Assembly: GCA_019057385.1 (NCBI GenBank)
Contig: JAHQJS010000005.1
Span: 224,799-288,798, forward strand
Source: Candidatus Borrarchaeum weybense
GTDB taxonomy: Archaea > Asgardarchaeota > Sifarchaeia > Borrarchaeales > Borrarchaeaceae
Direction: 5' to 3'
Length of the DNA stretch: 64,000 nucleotides
Below, piece after piece: positions 10,230-19,743 of the stretch (positions are counted from its first letter, which is position 1; every line of letters starts with the position of its first letter). The translations under genes were made by a program, and so were the position numbers. Below the pieces are notes generated by a model. It did not search any database. It was not told the origin of the DNA and saw only the letters and a list, made by a program, of their open reading frames with translations.

Positions 10230-11012
10230 TCAATCAAGTCGAATTTGAAGACTAATCTCTCGACTTTTTTCGGGAACTTCTTTTAATTCCTTAACAACTC
10301 CCATAACTACTGCTTTGAACAAATCTTGAACAAACCCTTTCATCACAATGGTCTTTCCATCTATTGCCAAGTCCACTTTGGTGAACATTGTTATACATTG
10401 TCTAACGTCTGCCTCACCTGCACGGACAGCTTCAGCAAAATCTGCACAAGTATTATAACCACAAGATTTACAGTCTATGCCTGGTAACTGATTGACAAAA
10501 ATAGTCTGTGCACGGGATTCAAGAAGATTTACTAATTTTTCACTTTCATTTATCTTAACTACTGGGGCATCAAGATCTAATTTCTTGAGTTCCTCCGGCT
10601 TTTCAACTATCCTTCCAGATATGGCGACAGTGTTACTTAGATTAATACTTTCTAAATCTTCAGCAACGTCAGCAACTATAATTTTCGGATACTCCGAATG
10701 GCGGAATCCCTCAACTATAACATAATCTAAATTCTTTGGAAGTTTGTCTAATATGGTTTCTGGAATTATAGGAAGTTCTGATGAATTCCAAATAGTAAGT
10801 AGCTCAGAATCGGTTATTACACCCGTAGCAGTTGCCCCAGCTTTAATATGTTTCCAAGTATCTTTTTTTGGGGTATCAAAGGTACCATGTATATGTTTAA
10901 CTGTTCCAATACGAAAGCCCTTTTCTGTTATTTTTTTAACCAATCCTTCTACTACAGTTGTTTTACCGACGTTTCTCTTTGGACCGACAACACAGACTAC
11001 ATATGTGAACAT
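10230..11012 (-). CDS. mobB: molybdopterin-guanine dinucleotide biosynthesis protein B with C-terminal Fe-S domain
   Basis: GKTT P-loop, VKH, KDT, VEGF; LPGIDCKSCGYNTC Fe-S motif. Confidence 0.88.
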   Translation of the reverse strand: MFTYVVCVVGPKRNVGKTTVVEGLVKKITEKGFRIGTVKHIHGTFDTPKKDTWKHIKAGATATGVITDSELLTIWNSSELPIIPETILDKLPKNLDYVIVEGFRHSEYPKIIVADVAEDLESINLSNTVAISGRIVEKPEELKKLDLDAPVVKINESEKLVNLLESRAQTIFVNQLPGIDCKSCGYNTCADFAEAVRAGEADVRQCITMFTKVDLAIDGKTIVMKGFVQDLFKAVVMGVVKELKEVPEKSREISLQIRLD

Positions 11013-11069
11013 TTAATCTCACCTAGAGTACATAATCAAATAATGCATGATATCTATTGACGTTATGGA

Positions 11070-11537
11070 TTAAAGGTTTTTGATGATGTCATCCTTGTCC
11101 ATAACGGTATGGCAGTAATGGCAGCGTATGCGAAGTGGTTCCTTGCTTCTAAGTATAAAATGTGGTTCCACGGGTTCCTTCGGAATAGCTGCGGTGACAC
11201 AGTTGGGATTAATACAACGTGGATAACCTTTAACGGTCGTAGGAAGTTTCACTCTATTTTTTTCTACAACTTTAAAGTCTCGGATGATGTTAATTGTTGC
11301 ATTAGGAGCGATTAACGCAATAATATCAACTTCCTGTGGCTCTAATTCACGATCTTCAATTTTTACAATGTCTTTTCGACCAGCTTTTCCACTTGGTACA
11401 TTTATAGCAATTGATATGGTGTTACCCTCTCCTCCGGATATCCCTAAAATCTTTAGAACAGTTAAGGCATTTCCAGCTCGGATATGATCTATTACAGTTC
11501 CATTGCGTATTTTTCTAACTCTTAATTCGTCTTCTAT
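11070..11537 (-). CDS. pyrI: aspartate carbamoyltransferase regulatory subunit
   Basis: Continuous frame LRVRKIRNGTVIDHI...CINPNC...CHYC; no ATG/GTG/TTG at the 5' end, ATA at 11537 follows GGGGGA. Confidence 0.92.
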   Translation of the reverse strand: MEDELRVRKIRNGTVIDHIRAGNALTVLKILGISGGEGNTISIAINVPSGKAGRKDIVKIEDRELEPQEVDIIALIAPNATINIIRDFKVVEKNRVKLPTTVKGYPRCINPNCVTAAIPKEPVEPHFILRSKEPLRIRCHYCHTVMDKDDIIKNL

Positions 11538-11652
11538 GGAAAGTCCCCCAAGTTATCAGTTTCTATAAACTGATTAATGTTCGAATTAATTCTTTAAAAT
11601 GTTTTACTAATTCAGAGTTTTTTTCTAATGATTTGATTGCTCTTAACTTAAT

Positions 11653-11690
11653 CGGCGGGAAGTCCCATCCGTCAGGGTGGGGTAGTTCAC
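11653..11690 (+). mobile_element. minimal IS200/IS605 relic (left end fused to right end)
   Basis: cggcgggaagtccc (left-end-like) joined to atccgtcagggtggggtagttcac (right-end-like). Confidence 0.6.
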
Positions 11691-11836
11691 GCATCTCTTT
11701 TTCAAATTAAAAATATATAGCAGATTACGAAGAATATGAATTTGAAAATCTAGGAAATTAAAAATAAAAAGATTAAACTATCAGAATAATAACAAAGATC
11801 ATTTGGAATCACATATTTTTGAAGAGGCGAAAAGAT

Positions 11837-12751
11837 ATGGATTTTTCAGGGCGCAATATTATGTCCATTCAGGACTTTTCACGAGACGAACTTGAACATA
11901 TTTTCAAAATAGCAAGTGATATGGAAAAGTTTGTCAAAACAGGAAGTGATATGCTCAAAAACAAAATTCTAGCAAATCTTTTTTTTGAACCATCAACTAG
12001 AACTAGGTTGTCGTTCGTTTCTGCGATGTATCGCCTTGGTGGAAAGGTATTAGGCTTTGATGACCCGAAGATGAGTTCAAGGGCGAAAGGAGAAACCCTT
12101 GTTGACACCATCCGTGTCATCGAATCTTATGCAGATGCAATCGTGATCAGGCATACTATTGAAGGTAGCGTGACGCTGGCAGCTGAATATTCAAACGTAC
12201 CGATCATCAATGCCGGTTCTGGAACACTTGGTCATCCCACACAAGCTATGCTGGATCTATTTGCGATTCTCAGGGAAAAAAATACGATTGATGGACTTAC
12301 GGTTGGTATATTGGGGGATTTAAAATACGGAAGAACCGTGAAATCACTTGCGTATGGTTTAGCAAATTATGATGTGCAATTGGTATTTGTAGCACCAGAA
12401 CAGCTGAGAATGCGCCGAGATGTCTTAGAAGATTTAAGCGAAGAAGGAAAATCCATTCGGGAGGTATCAGATCTCGACGAGGTAATATCAGATCTTGATG
12501 TATTATATGTAACACGAATACAAGAAGAGAGATTCCCAGATCCTTCAGAATACGAAAAGGTTAAAGGTTATTTCCGCATAAATCGACGTACCTTAAAATC
12601 TGCAAAAGACGATCTAATCGTACTCCACCCACTGCCACGAGTAGGCGAAATCTCAACAGATGTTGACTCAACAAAACATGCAAGATACTTTAAACAAAGT
12701 TCTTACGGTTTATTGGTTAGAATGGCACTACTCTCATTAATTTTATCCTAA
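11837..12751 (+). CDS. pyrB: aspartate carbamoyltransferase catalytic subunit
   Basis: FFEPSTRTRLSF, HPTQ, GDLKYGRTV and HPLPR motifs. Confidence 0.97.
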   Translation: MDFSGRNIMSIQDFSRDELEHIFKIASDMEKFVKTGSDMLKNKILANLFFEPSTRTRLSFVSAMYRLGGKVLGFDDPKMSSRAKGETLVDTIRVIESYADAIVIRHTIEGSVTLAAEYSNVPIINAGSGTLGHPTQAMLDLFAILREKNTIDGLTVGILGDLKYGRTVKSLAYGLANYDVQLVFVAPEQLRMRRDVLEDLSEEGKSIREVSDLDEVISDLDVLYVTRIQEERFPDPSEYEKVKGYFRINRRTLKSAKDDLIVLHPLPRVGEISTDVDSTKHARYFKQSSYGLLVRMALLSLILS

Positions 12752-12788
12752 TAATGTTTCTTTTCCAACTGGTACGCGCTTTTTTTTG

Positions 12789-14621
12789 TTAGAAGAAGAA
12801 AATGAGAAAAATTATAGAAAACAGATAGAGCACTACGAAAATGATCGGAAAAGTCGTTTTAGCAGTATGAGCCGCTCTCGCAACTCCTTCTAAAAGATTT
12901 TCAAACCCTCTGTCGCCAATTACCTTTACATTTTCTAAATTCCCTATAATGACTCCTACTTCGACTTCTTCTATATTCTTGCTCGCTTGCGAAATGCCCT
13001 CCTGAACATATGAGATAATTTTTTGATGATCAGTTACTTCTCCAATAGGATGATAGCCACTCCTACTTGGACCTAATGCATTCACAGTGTGTGTATCCGA
13101 TGTCATTACCTCTATTTCGTCCACTTCTTGTATGTTTTGAATGATTTTTTCTCTGAGATCAGTTATCATATTATTACTATCGAAAAGAACATAAGCGGTC
13201 CTTTGTCCAGCGACTTCTACAAGCGATACTGCAATTCCACACTCTCCCATTCCTTCTTCTTTCTTAATGTCAGGATATAAACGATGAGTTCCTATTTTCA
13301 GTTCAGAACTCTTTTTTTCTTGTATTTCTTCTATTGCTTTTTCTCCGTCTATCAGTAATTGACTGGCAAGTTTGGATCCTGGGACAATAAAGGGAGAATC
13401 TTCACCCAAGCAATTATGGCCATCAATTACAGTTATCTCTGTTCCGAAGCGACTTTTTATAGCATCAATTAAAGATAAACTAACTTCAAGCGAAATGTCC
13501 TCCATTGTTTTAGGAGACCTTGTTGCTATCAAAATAATTTTCTCATTGAATTTCTGGCAGCCTATCTGGAATTCTTCACCTATTATTCTTACAAATGGGG
13601 TCGCTGACGATTCGAACGAAATAGTTTTCGTGAGAAGATTCTGTATTTGTGATAGCGCTTTTTCATTTTCTCTTTGACTTACAAGGTTCAGCGCGTGCGT
13701 TGAAGGGCCATGAAATACTAACACTTCACAATTGAAGTGTTCTTTCAATTTTTTACATAAATAGAACGGTAAAATACTACTTCCAACATCTTTAAATGGG
13801 CCAGGATGGAAGGAAGGGATAATAAATATAGACTTTAGCTTTTTTTCTTGACGAAAGAGAAGTATATTGATTGGAAGACTTGTTACTTCCCCTATATCTT
13901 CAAGGAGTGCCTCTAAGTCATCACTTTTTCCTCCAAACCAATCCTTAATAAATGCACTAAAGAGGGTATCTCCTTGAACTCCAACAATCTCTTTTACAGA
14001 ATTACTAACTTTCTTGAGGTAGAGATACATCCCAATCATTAAAGCAACTGAAATTATACAGAATGCCAAAAAAATGCGAATCGGATCATTTCCAAACTTC
14101 AGCCAAGTAAATGCTACCAGGCTAAGTATTGGATGAATAAACGTATGGAGTAGCGTATTACTTATAGTCTGTGGTGCGAGAAACGTAAATGCGAGGTATC
14201 TCAAAATGGCTACAGTTGCCATTCCAAGAATAGCCGATGTAAGAAGAATTCTGTCAGATTGGAAAACTGCCATGCTAAGCCTTCCAAAAAGGAGTATTAT
14301 TCCTAAGAAGACGTTACTAATGACACCTGTCGCAATCAAACGACGATATGTTAAAACTTGGCGATACTCGCCGAGAAGTGAATATGAAACGATGCTAGAG
14401 GCAAGTATGGGGATAAGAAAAATTATTAACCCAAATACTAGTAAATTAGTTATTATAACTAAAAGAGAGGTAACAGGGAATTCTAATAAGATTAAACCAT
14501 AGATAAAACTTGAGATAATGGCAATTATGGCTAACTTAATACTTGAGGGGACTGAGAAAAGCCCCTTGTACAACCCCACAACCCTTGATACATTCCTTGT
14601 ATGATGTAACTGTCCTTCCAT
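12789..14621 (-). CDS. DUF2070 family membrane protein
   Basis: N-terminal TM helices then HPGPF..GSS, HGPSTH, DGHN, DSNN and TSDTH motifs. Confidence 0.85.
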   Translation of the reverse strand: MEGQLHHTRNVSRVVGLYKGLFSVPSSIKLAIIAIISSFIYGLILLEFPVTSLLVIITNLLVFGLIIFLIPILASSIVSYSLLGEYRQVLTYRRLIATGVISNVFLGIILLFGRLSMAVFQSDRILLTSAILGMATVAILRYLAFTFLAPQTISNTLLHTFIHPILSLVAFTWLKFGNDPIRIFLAFCIISVALMIGMYLYLKKVSNSVKEIVGVQGDTLFSAFIKDWFGGKSDDLEALLEDIGEVTSLPINILLFRQEKKLKSIFIIPSFHPGPFKDVGSSILPFYLCKKLKEHFNCEVLVFHGPSTHALNLVSQRENEKALSQIQNLLTKTISFESSATPFVRIIGEEFQIGCQKFNEKIILIATRSPKTMEDISLEVSLSLIDAIKSRFGTEITVIDGHNCLGEDSPFIVPGSKLASQLLIDGEKAIEEIQEKKSSELKIGTHRLYPDIKKEEGMGECGIAVSLVEVAGQRTAYVLFDSNNMITDLREKIIQNIQEVDEIEVMTSDTHTVNALGPSRSGYHPIGEVTDHQKIISYVQEGISQASKNIEEVEVGVIIGNLENVKVIGDRGFENLLEGVARAAHTAKTTFPIIFVVLYLFSIIFLIFFF

Positions 14622-14764
14622 ATTGCGAGCCTCGTCTTTTGTTTGAACTCATGTATATTAGTTAGTTGTCGTATTTTCTCCGTTGATTTTTGGCAAAAAG
14701 CATTTGGATCGATTAACTACAAACAAACTCAAAAGATATAGTATGAATTCAGTGAATTTCTTTA

Positions 14765-14807
14765 GTTGGAATACTTAAATAGTATCGTTGGAATACTTAA
14801 ATAGTAT
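14765..14807. repeat. tandem duplication of 21 bp containing a TATA-like box
   Basis: gttggaatacttaaatagtat at 14765-14785 and 14787-14807. Confidence 0.85.
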
Positions 14808-14814
14808 TCCCTAT

Positions 14815-14875
14815 GTCACAGCAAGTTCGGTCGTCGAAGCAGGAAGCCTCACTGCTTTAACGTGAGGTAGTTCAC
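14815..14875 (+). mobile_element. IS200/IS605 right-end (omegaRNA 3' scaffold) relic
   Basis: gaagcaggaagcctcactgctttaacgtgaggtagttcac; preceded by CTAT. Confidence 0.65.
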
Positions 14876-14903
14876 TATATTCAATAGTAAACGGTGAAAA
14901 AGT

Positions 14904-15464
14904 ATGAGTGAAAAATATCTCTCTGTGTCCGATGGAGAGAACTGTCCTGTATGTAACAATCCAACTATGAAAGTTACCGCAAGAGAGATCGACGTCCCAC
15001 ATTTTGGGCAAACCTTACTATATTCGAGTCTATGTCGCAACTGCGGATTTCGACAAAGTTGGTCATATCCGCTTGAAGAAAGTTCACCTCATAGATACAC
15101 GTTATATGTTTCGGATCCTTCTGATCTAACTTCACGGGTAATTAAGTCAAACACAGCATCGATAAAAATCCCAGAACTCGGTTTCAGCATGGAATCTAAA
15201 ATGTCATCTGATCCATTCATTACAAATGTTGAAGGTGTACTTCAAAGGGTTAAAGCTGCTACGCAAACGTTAAATTCATGGGCTGATTCTAAAGAGGAAA
15301 AAGAAAAAATTGAGAAAGTGTTCCAAAAAATAGAGAAGGCAATAGCCGGCGAACTCCCCTTTCACCTAATTATAGAAGACCCACTTGGAATAAGTACTAT
15401 CGAGGCTACAAATCCGAAAAAACTAAAAGTGGAAGAATTGAGATCATCAGAGGATGCCCAGTAA
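14904..15464 (+). CDS. ZPR1-type zinc finger protein
   Basis: CPVC...PHFG...CRNCGFR, IPELG, ITNVEGVL and IEDPLG motifs. Confidence 0.92.
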   Translation: MSEKYLSVSDGENCPVCNNPTMKVTAREIDVPHFGQTLLYSSLCRNCGFRQSWSYPLEESSPHRYTLYVSDPSDLTSRVIKSNTASIKIPELGFSMESKMSSDPFITNVEGVLQRVKAATQTLNSWADSKEEKEKIEKVFQKIEKAIAGELPFHLIIEDPLGISTIEATNPKKLKVEELRSSEDAQ

Positions 15465-15556
15465 ATTTTACGCTTAGTTGGCTGGAATTTAAATAGTTTC
15501 TTTTCCGATTTTTTAGTTTACGTCATTTAGTTTCAAGTTTTCTGTGAAGGATGTTT

Positions 15557-15585
15557 GTCAACTACTAACCCTAAAGGAAAGGTTG
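15557..15585 (-). mobile_element. degenerate IS200/IS605 right-end relic
   Basis: Minus strand reads caacctttcctttagggttagtagttgac, resembling ...tagggtggtagttcac. Confidence 0.4.
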
Positions 15586-15749
15586 TCATTGCGCAAATAT
15601 ATAAAAATAATAGTGGTTTTTCAATATACTTGAATGGAATTCTCTGATAACCTTCGACAGTTTTTATTAAAGTGTATATCTTTGCGATTCTTTATCTGTT
15701 AACCTACTTATGTATCGCATTAAATCTAGAAAAAAAGAGGTCACTTTAC

Positions 15750-17669
15750 ATGGACGAAAGAGATGAATTTAACGAAGAACTTGATATTGACTTTAAGACT
15801 ACAAAAGATTTACCTGTAGATAAGTTATTAATCGCTCAAGTAATAGGTCAAGAAAGAGGCGTTTCTGTCATTAGAAAAGCTGCAGCTAAGAAAAGAAACG
15901 TCCTTTTAATCGGTCCCCCCGGTACAGGAAAAAGCATGTTAGGAGCTGCAATGGCACAACTTATTCCAAAAGAACAACTTGAAGATATTCTAGCTATACC
16001 AAATAGAAAAGATCCAAATACTCCGAAGGTAGTCGTCGTGCCGGCGGGATCTGGAGAACAAATAGTGCATTACCACCTACAAAGAGCAAATAAGTCAAAA
16101 GGTCTCCGCAATTTTATCTCGATAATCCTCCCAGCAGTTATTATACTTCTAGCGTTCATGACTGGACAATGGCTTATGGGCATATTTGTGGCCCTGGTGG
16201 CATTTCTGATCATAAATCAGGTAAAGATAAGATCTGAGCAACTCGTTCCAAAGTTGCTTGTAGATAATAGCAGAAAAGAGTATGCCCCATTTCTCGAAGC
16301 AACAGGAGCACATTCGGGCGCAATGTTAGGTGACGTGAGGCACGACCCATTTCAAAGCGGGGGACTTGGAACCCCTGCGCATGAACGCGTTGAAGCAGGT
16401 TTGATCCATAAGGCTCATAAAGGAGTGCTCTTTATCGACGAAATTGCAACTCTCAAATTAAGAACTCAACACGACCTTTTAACGGCAATGCAAGAGAAAA
16501 AATTCCAAATAACGGGTCAGAGTGAATTGAGTAGTGGTGCTATGGTTCGAACAGAGCCAGTACCTTGTGATTTCATTCTAATAGCTGCAGGTAATTTAGA
16601 TACCGTCCAGAAAATGCATCCCGCGCTGCGCTCAAGAATCCGTGGGTACGGATATGAAGTTTACATCAACGAGACGTTACCCGACACCTTAGAAAATCGG
16701 AGGGCATACGCGCAATTTGTCGCCCAAGAAGTAAGAAAAGATGGAAAGATCCCACACTTCACTAAAGAAGCAGTCATTGAGATCATTCGTGAAGGAAGAA
16801 GAAGAGCGGGAAGAAAGGGTCATCTAACGTTAATGTTAAGAGATCTTGGAGGTTTGATCAGGGCGGCTGGTGATCTTGCAAGTGAGCAAGGCGCCATACA
16901 CGTTACCGCGGAGCATATCATTAATGCGAAAACAATGGCACGAAGTCTAGAACAACAAATTGGCGATAAATACATCGAACGGAAACGAGAATATGAAGTA
17001 ATAAGAGTTCAAGGAGAGGTTGTTGGAAGAGTCAATGGGCTAGCGATCATTGGTGATCCGCGAATAGGTGCAAGTGGTATCGTATTGCCATTAGAAGCAG
17101 AAGTTGTCCCTGCTCTAAGCTCAGACGAAGGAAGAATTATTGCCACAGGCAAATTGGGAGATATTGCAAAAGAGGCTGTCCAGAACGTCAGTGCATTAAT
17201 TAAAAAGCATTCTGACGATGTGTCTAAGTATGATATCCACATCCAATTCCTGCAAACCCACGAAGGCGTGGAGGGCGACAGCGCATCCATCTCCGTAGCA
17301 ACCGCAGTCTTTTCCTCGATAAGAGGTATCCCTGTGGATCAATCAGTAGCCATGACAGGATCCCTCAGCGTACGTGGAGAAGTACTCCCTATTGGAGGCG
17401 TAACTCCGAAAATAGAAGCAGCATGTGAGGCTGGACTCAAAAAAGTTCTTATCCCTACTGCAAATAAGAAGGATGTCATTCTTGAGGCAAAATACAAGGA
17501 TAAAATTGAAATTGTGACCGTTACACGAATTGAGGAAGTACTTCAACATGCTTTAATGTTCGATAGTGAGGAAGAAATGGATTTTTTAAAAGTAGTGGGC
17601 GGTACTAATGCAATCACTGATGAAAAGAAAAAGTTCTCAATTGACTTCAACCAGCCAGTTCCGTCGTAG
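15750..17669 (+). CDS. lonB: membrane-anchored ATP-dependent protease LonB
   Basis: GPPGTGKS, two TM helices in the AAA domain, GDVRHDPFQSGGL, EGDSAS catalytic Ser and PKIEAA Lys. Confidence 0.97.
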   Translation: MDERDEFNEELDIDFKTTKDLPVDKLLIAQVIGQERGVSVIRKAAAKKRNVLLIGPPGTGKSMLGAAMAQLIPKEQLEDILAIPNRKDPNTPKVVVVPAGSGEQIVHYHLQRANKSKGLRNFISIILPAVIILLAFMTGQWLMGIFVALVAFLIINQVKIRSEQLVPKLLVDNSRKEYAPFLEATGAHSGAMLGDVRHDPFQSGGLGTPAHERVEAGLIHKAHKGVLFIDEIATLKLRTQHDLLTAMQEKKFQITGQSELSSGAMVRTEPVPCDFILIAAGNLDTVQKMHPALRSRIRGYGYEVYINETLPDTLENRRAYAQFVAQEVRKDGKIPHFTKEAVIEIIREGRRRAGRKGHLTLMLRDLGGLIRAAGDLASEQGAIHVTAEHIINAKTMARSLEQQIGDKYIERKREYEVIRVQGEVVGRVNGLAIIGDPRIGASGIVLPLEAEVVPALSSDEGRIIATGKLGDIAKEAVQNVSALIKKHSDDVSKYDIHIQFLQTHEGVEGDSASISVATAVFSSIRGIPVDQSVAMTGSLSVRGEVLPIGGVTPKIEAACEAGLKKVLIPTANKKDVILEAKYKDKIEIVTVTRIEEVLQHALMFDSEEEMDFLKVVGGTNAITDEKKKFSIDFNQPVPS

Positions 17670-17777
17670 TTCTGAGACGAGTCATTCGTCTCTTTACTTT
17701 TTAAAAAGACTTAAAAAGAGACATGCGTGATTAGATGCAAGAGCGAAAAAGAAAATAATTCGATTCAGGTGAAACTA

Positions 17778-18083
17778 ATGGTTAAATTTCCGTCAATTAT
17801 ACGTGCGTACTGTCCTTTTTGTCGTCGTCACACCACACACGACGTCACAGAAGTGAAATCTAAGGCCAGAAGAACCCTTTCTAAAGGACAACGTCGAGCT
17901 GAACGACATAAAAAAGGATATGGAAACAAAGGTAAGTACTCAAAGAAAGCAATTACACAAGCGAAAATGGCTTCAAAAACATCAAAGAAAGTAGATTTAC
18001 GCCTTAAATGTCAAGACTGCGAAAAAATGCATCCGAGGAGTTATCCTAGAACTAAGAAGTTTGAAATAGTAAAAATGGTTTAG
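17778..18083 (+). CDS. rpl44e: 50S ribosomal protein L44e (eL42)
   Basis: YCPFCRRHTTH...KKVDLRLKCQDC. Confidence 0.95.
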   Translation: MVKFPSIIRAYCPFCRRHTTHDVTEVKSKARRTLSKGQRRAERHKKGYGNKGKYSKKAITQAKMASKTSKKVDLRLKCQDCEKMHPRSYPRTKKFEIVKMV

Positions 18084-18125
18084 AAATCTCGCTCTATAAA
18101 GAACTCTCAATTACTTTTTAATTTT

Positions 18126-19259
18126 TTAACTCACAGGTTTCCAGGTGATGCCTAATTCATCTGCATATTTGTAAGCTTTATCCATTTCTGCTGAAGTAGG
18201 TCTTCGATTAATACTACTATATTTTTTATTGCTTCCAACTAAGTGTGTTGGGCGATATTGCGCCATTATATTCACAAGTGACTTTGGGCAGTTTTCAGCA
18301 ATCCATTCTAGAATTGGAAGTGTACAGCAATCGACATGGTTCGGCATTACTAGATGTCGGATTATTATTTCTCCATGATCTAGACCACCATAATCGTATG
18401 CCATCTTTAGATTTCTTGAAACGACCGCCCAATAATTAGGGACAATTGAAAATTCTTTAGCGCACTCATCAGAATAGTATTTTAGGTCAGGCAGCCACAC
18501 GTCCATGATATCGAGCAGCTTCATCGTCTCCTCCGAGCAATAGAGATTTGAGTTCCACAACTGTGTTACGTTAATATCGCTGTATTGCAACGATTCGATA
18601 ATTACATGAAGATTTGGAGTAGGCTCGCCCCCAACATAATTTATATTTCGTGCTCCTTCGCGTCTTAAGTTCCTTGATATTGATGCGAGTTTTTCAGGTG
18701 AGATCTCCACGCCGTTCTCTGGATAAACTTGTGATATATCATAATTCTGACAGAAGACACAACAAAAATTACAGCTGGTAAAGAAAATTGTCCCACTTGG
18801 TACAAGCGGTGCTTCTTCGCCATGATGTAAAAAAGCACTGCTAATACGTGCACGTTCATCCAACTTACACCAAGTTCCCTTTTCTCCTTCTCGCCTATTA
18901 ACTCGGCATCGCCTTTCACAGAAGATGCATTCTTCAAGCATTCTTTGAGCAAGTTCTACTTTCAATTCCAAATAGGATACTTTGGGGTTGTCTAGCGAGT
19001 CATATTCAAGTTCTCCGCTGTCAATTCTCTGAATCATGTTTTTAAAACTCTTTCTGATCCGTTCATGTGCATTCCATAGTTTTGGTAAGTCTTCATTTAA
19101 CTCAACTTTTGCATCAATTCTTTTTGTAATAAGATATTTAGCAGTTGTTTTTTCATTTATTATATCCCAATAACGCTTAAGCAATGTTTTTACAACTGAA
19201 TCATCATCCCATACTTTTTTCGCATCAGGGCGTAAAAGTCTCCAAACCATCATTATCAC
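18126..19259 (-). CDS. radical SAM protein, PflX-like
   Basis: CxxCxRxCxVNR, GEE.PLVPSGTIFF, CNFCCVFCQN and RHLVMP motifs. Confidence 0.9.
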   Translation of the reverse strand: MIMMVWRLLRPDAKKVWDDDSVVKTLLKRYWDIINEKTTAKYLITKRIDAKVELNEDLPKLWNAHERIRKSFKNMIQRIDSGELEYDSLDNPKVSYLELKVELAQRMLEECIFCERRCRVNRREGEKGTWCKLDERARISSAFLHHGEEAPLVPSGTIFFTSCNFCCVFCQNYDISQVYPENGVEISPEKLASISRNLRREGARNINYVGGEPTPNLHVIIESLQYSDINVTQLWNSNLYCSEETMKLLDIMDVWLPDLKYYSDECAKEFSIVPNYWAVVSRNLKMAYDYGGLDHGEIIIRHLVMPNHVDCCTLPILEWIAENCPKSLVNIMAQYRPTHLVGSNKKYSSINRRPTSAEMDKAYKYADELGITWKPVS

Positions 19260-19357
19260 CTTATATTTGAAAGGTCAACGAAAACATAAATTCGTTTAAA
19301 ACAAGTACAATATAGCTTTTAAAGTTACAGATTATTTCATTAACAGAGGGACGAATC

Positions 19358-19612
19358 CTATTCTTTTTGACCCAAATACCAGTCTAGATATTCCTTCCTA
19401 CTGCGTCTTTTTTCATCTTCTGTATCTTCGACCTGCGCAAACTTACGCAATTCAGCTCGCATCTTATCGAGTTCTTCCCGAGTGACTGCTAGCCCACAAC
19501 GTTGGCATACCATCAATCTAACGTATCTATCATATTTCATCGTTCCAGCGCACTCAGGGCATACCGTCTCCTTCTTTTTCCTTGGTGATTTAGACATTTT
19601 TTGTATATACAC
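19358..19612 (-). CDS. small TFIIB-type zinc-ribbon protein
   Basis: CPECAG...VCQRCGL, C-terminal EYLDWYL. Confidence 0.65.
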   Translation of the reverse strand: MYIQKMSKSPRKKKETVCPECAGTMKYDRYVRLMVCQRCGLAVTREELDKMRAELRKFAQVEDTEDEKRRSRKEYLDWYLGQKE

Positions 19613-19743
19613 TCCTTACTTCAACATTAAGTTGTACGTTTTTCATTTATTTGAATGATCCTTCGCGAAACTTTATTTAAATCTTGATATTAAGAACTTA
19701 GTAGGATTAAACTTTTTACACTGAATTCCTTTGGTGGCTTAGA

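Noticed and set aside
14765-14807. CRISPR array
   Set aside because: Only two adjacent copies with no spacer and no cas genes; no CRISPR array was seen in the window.
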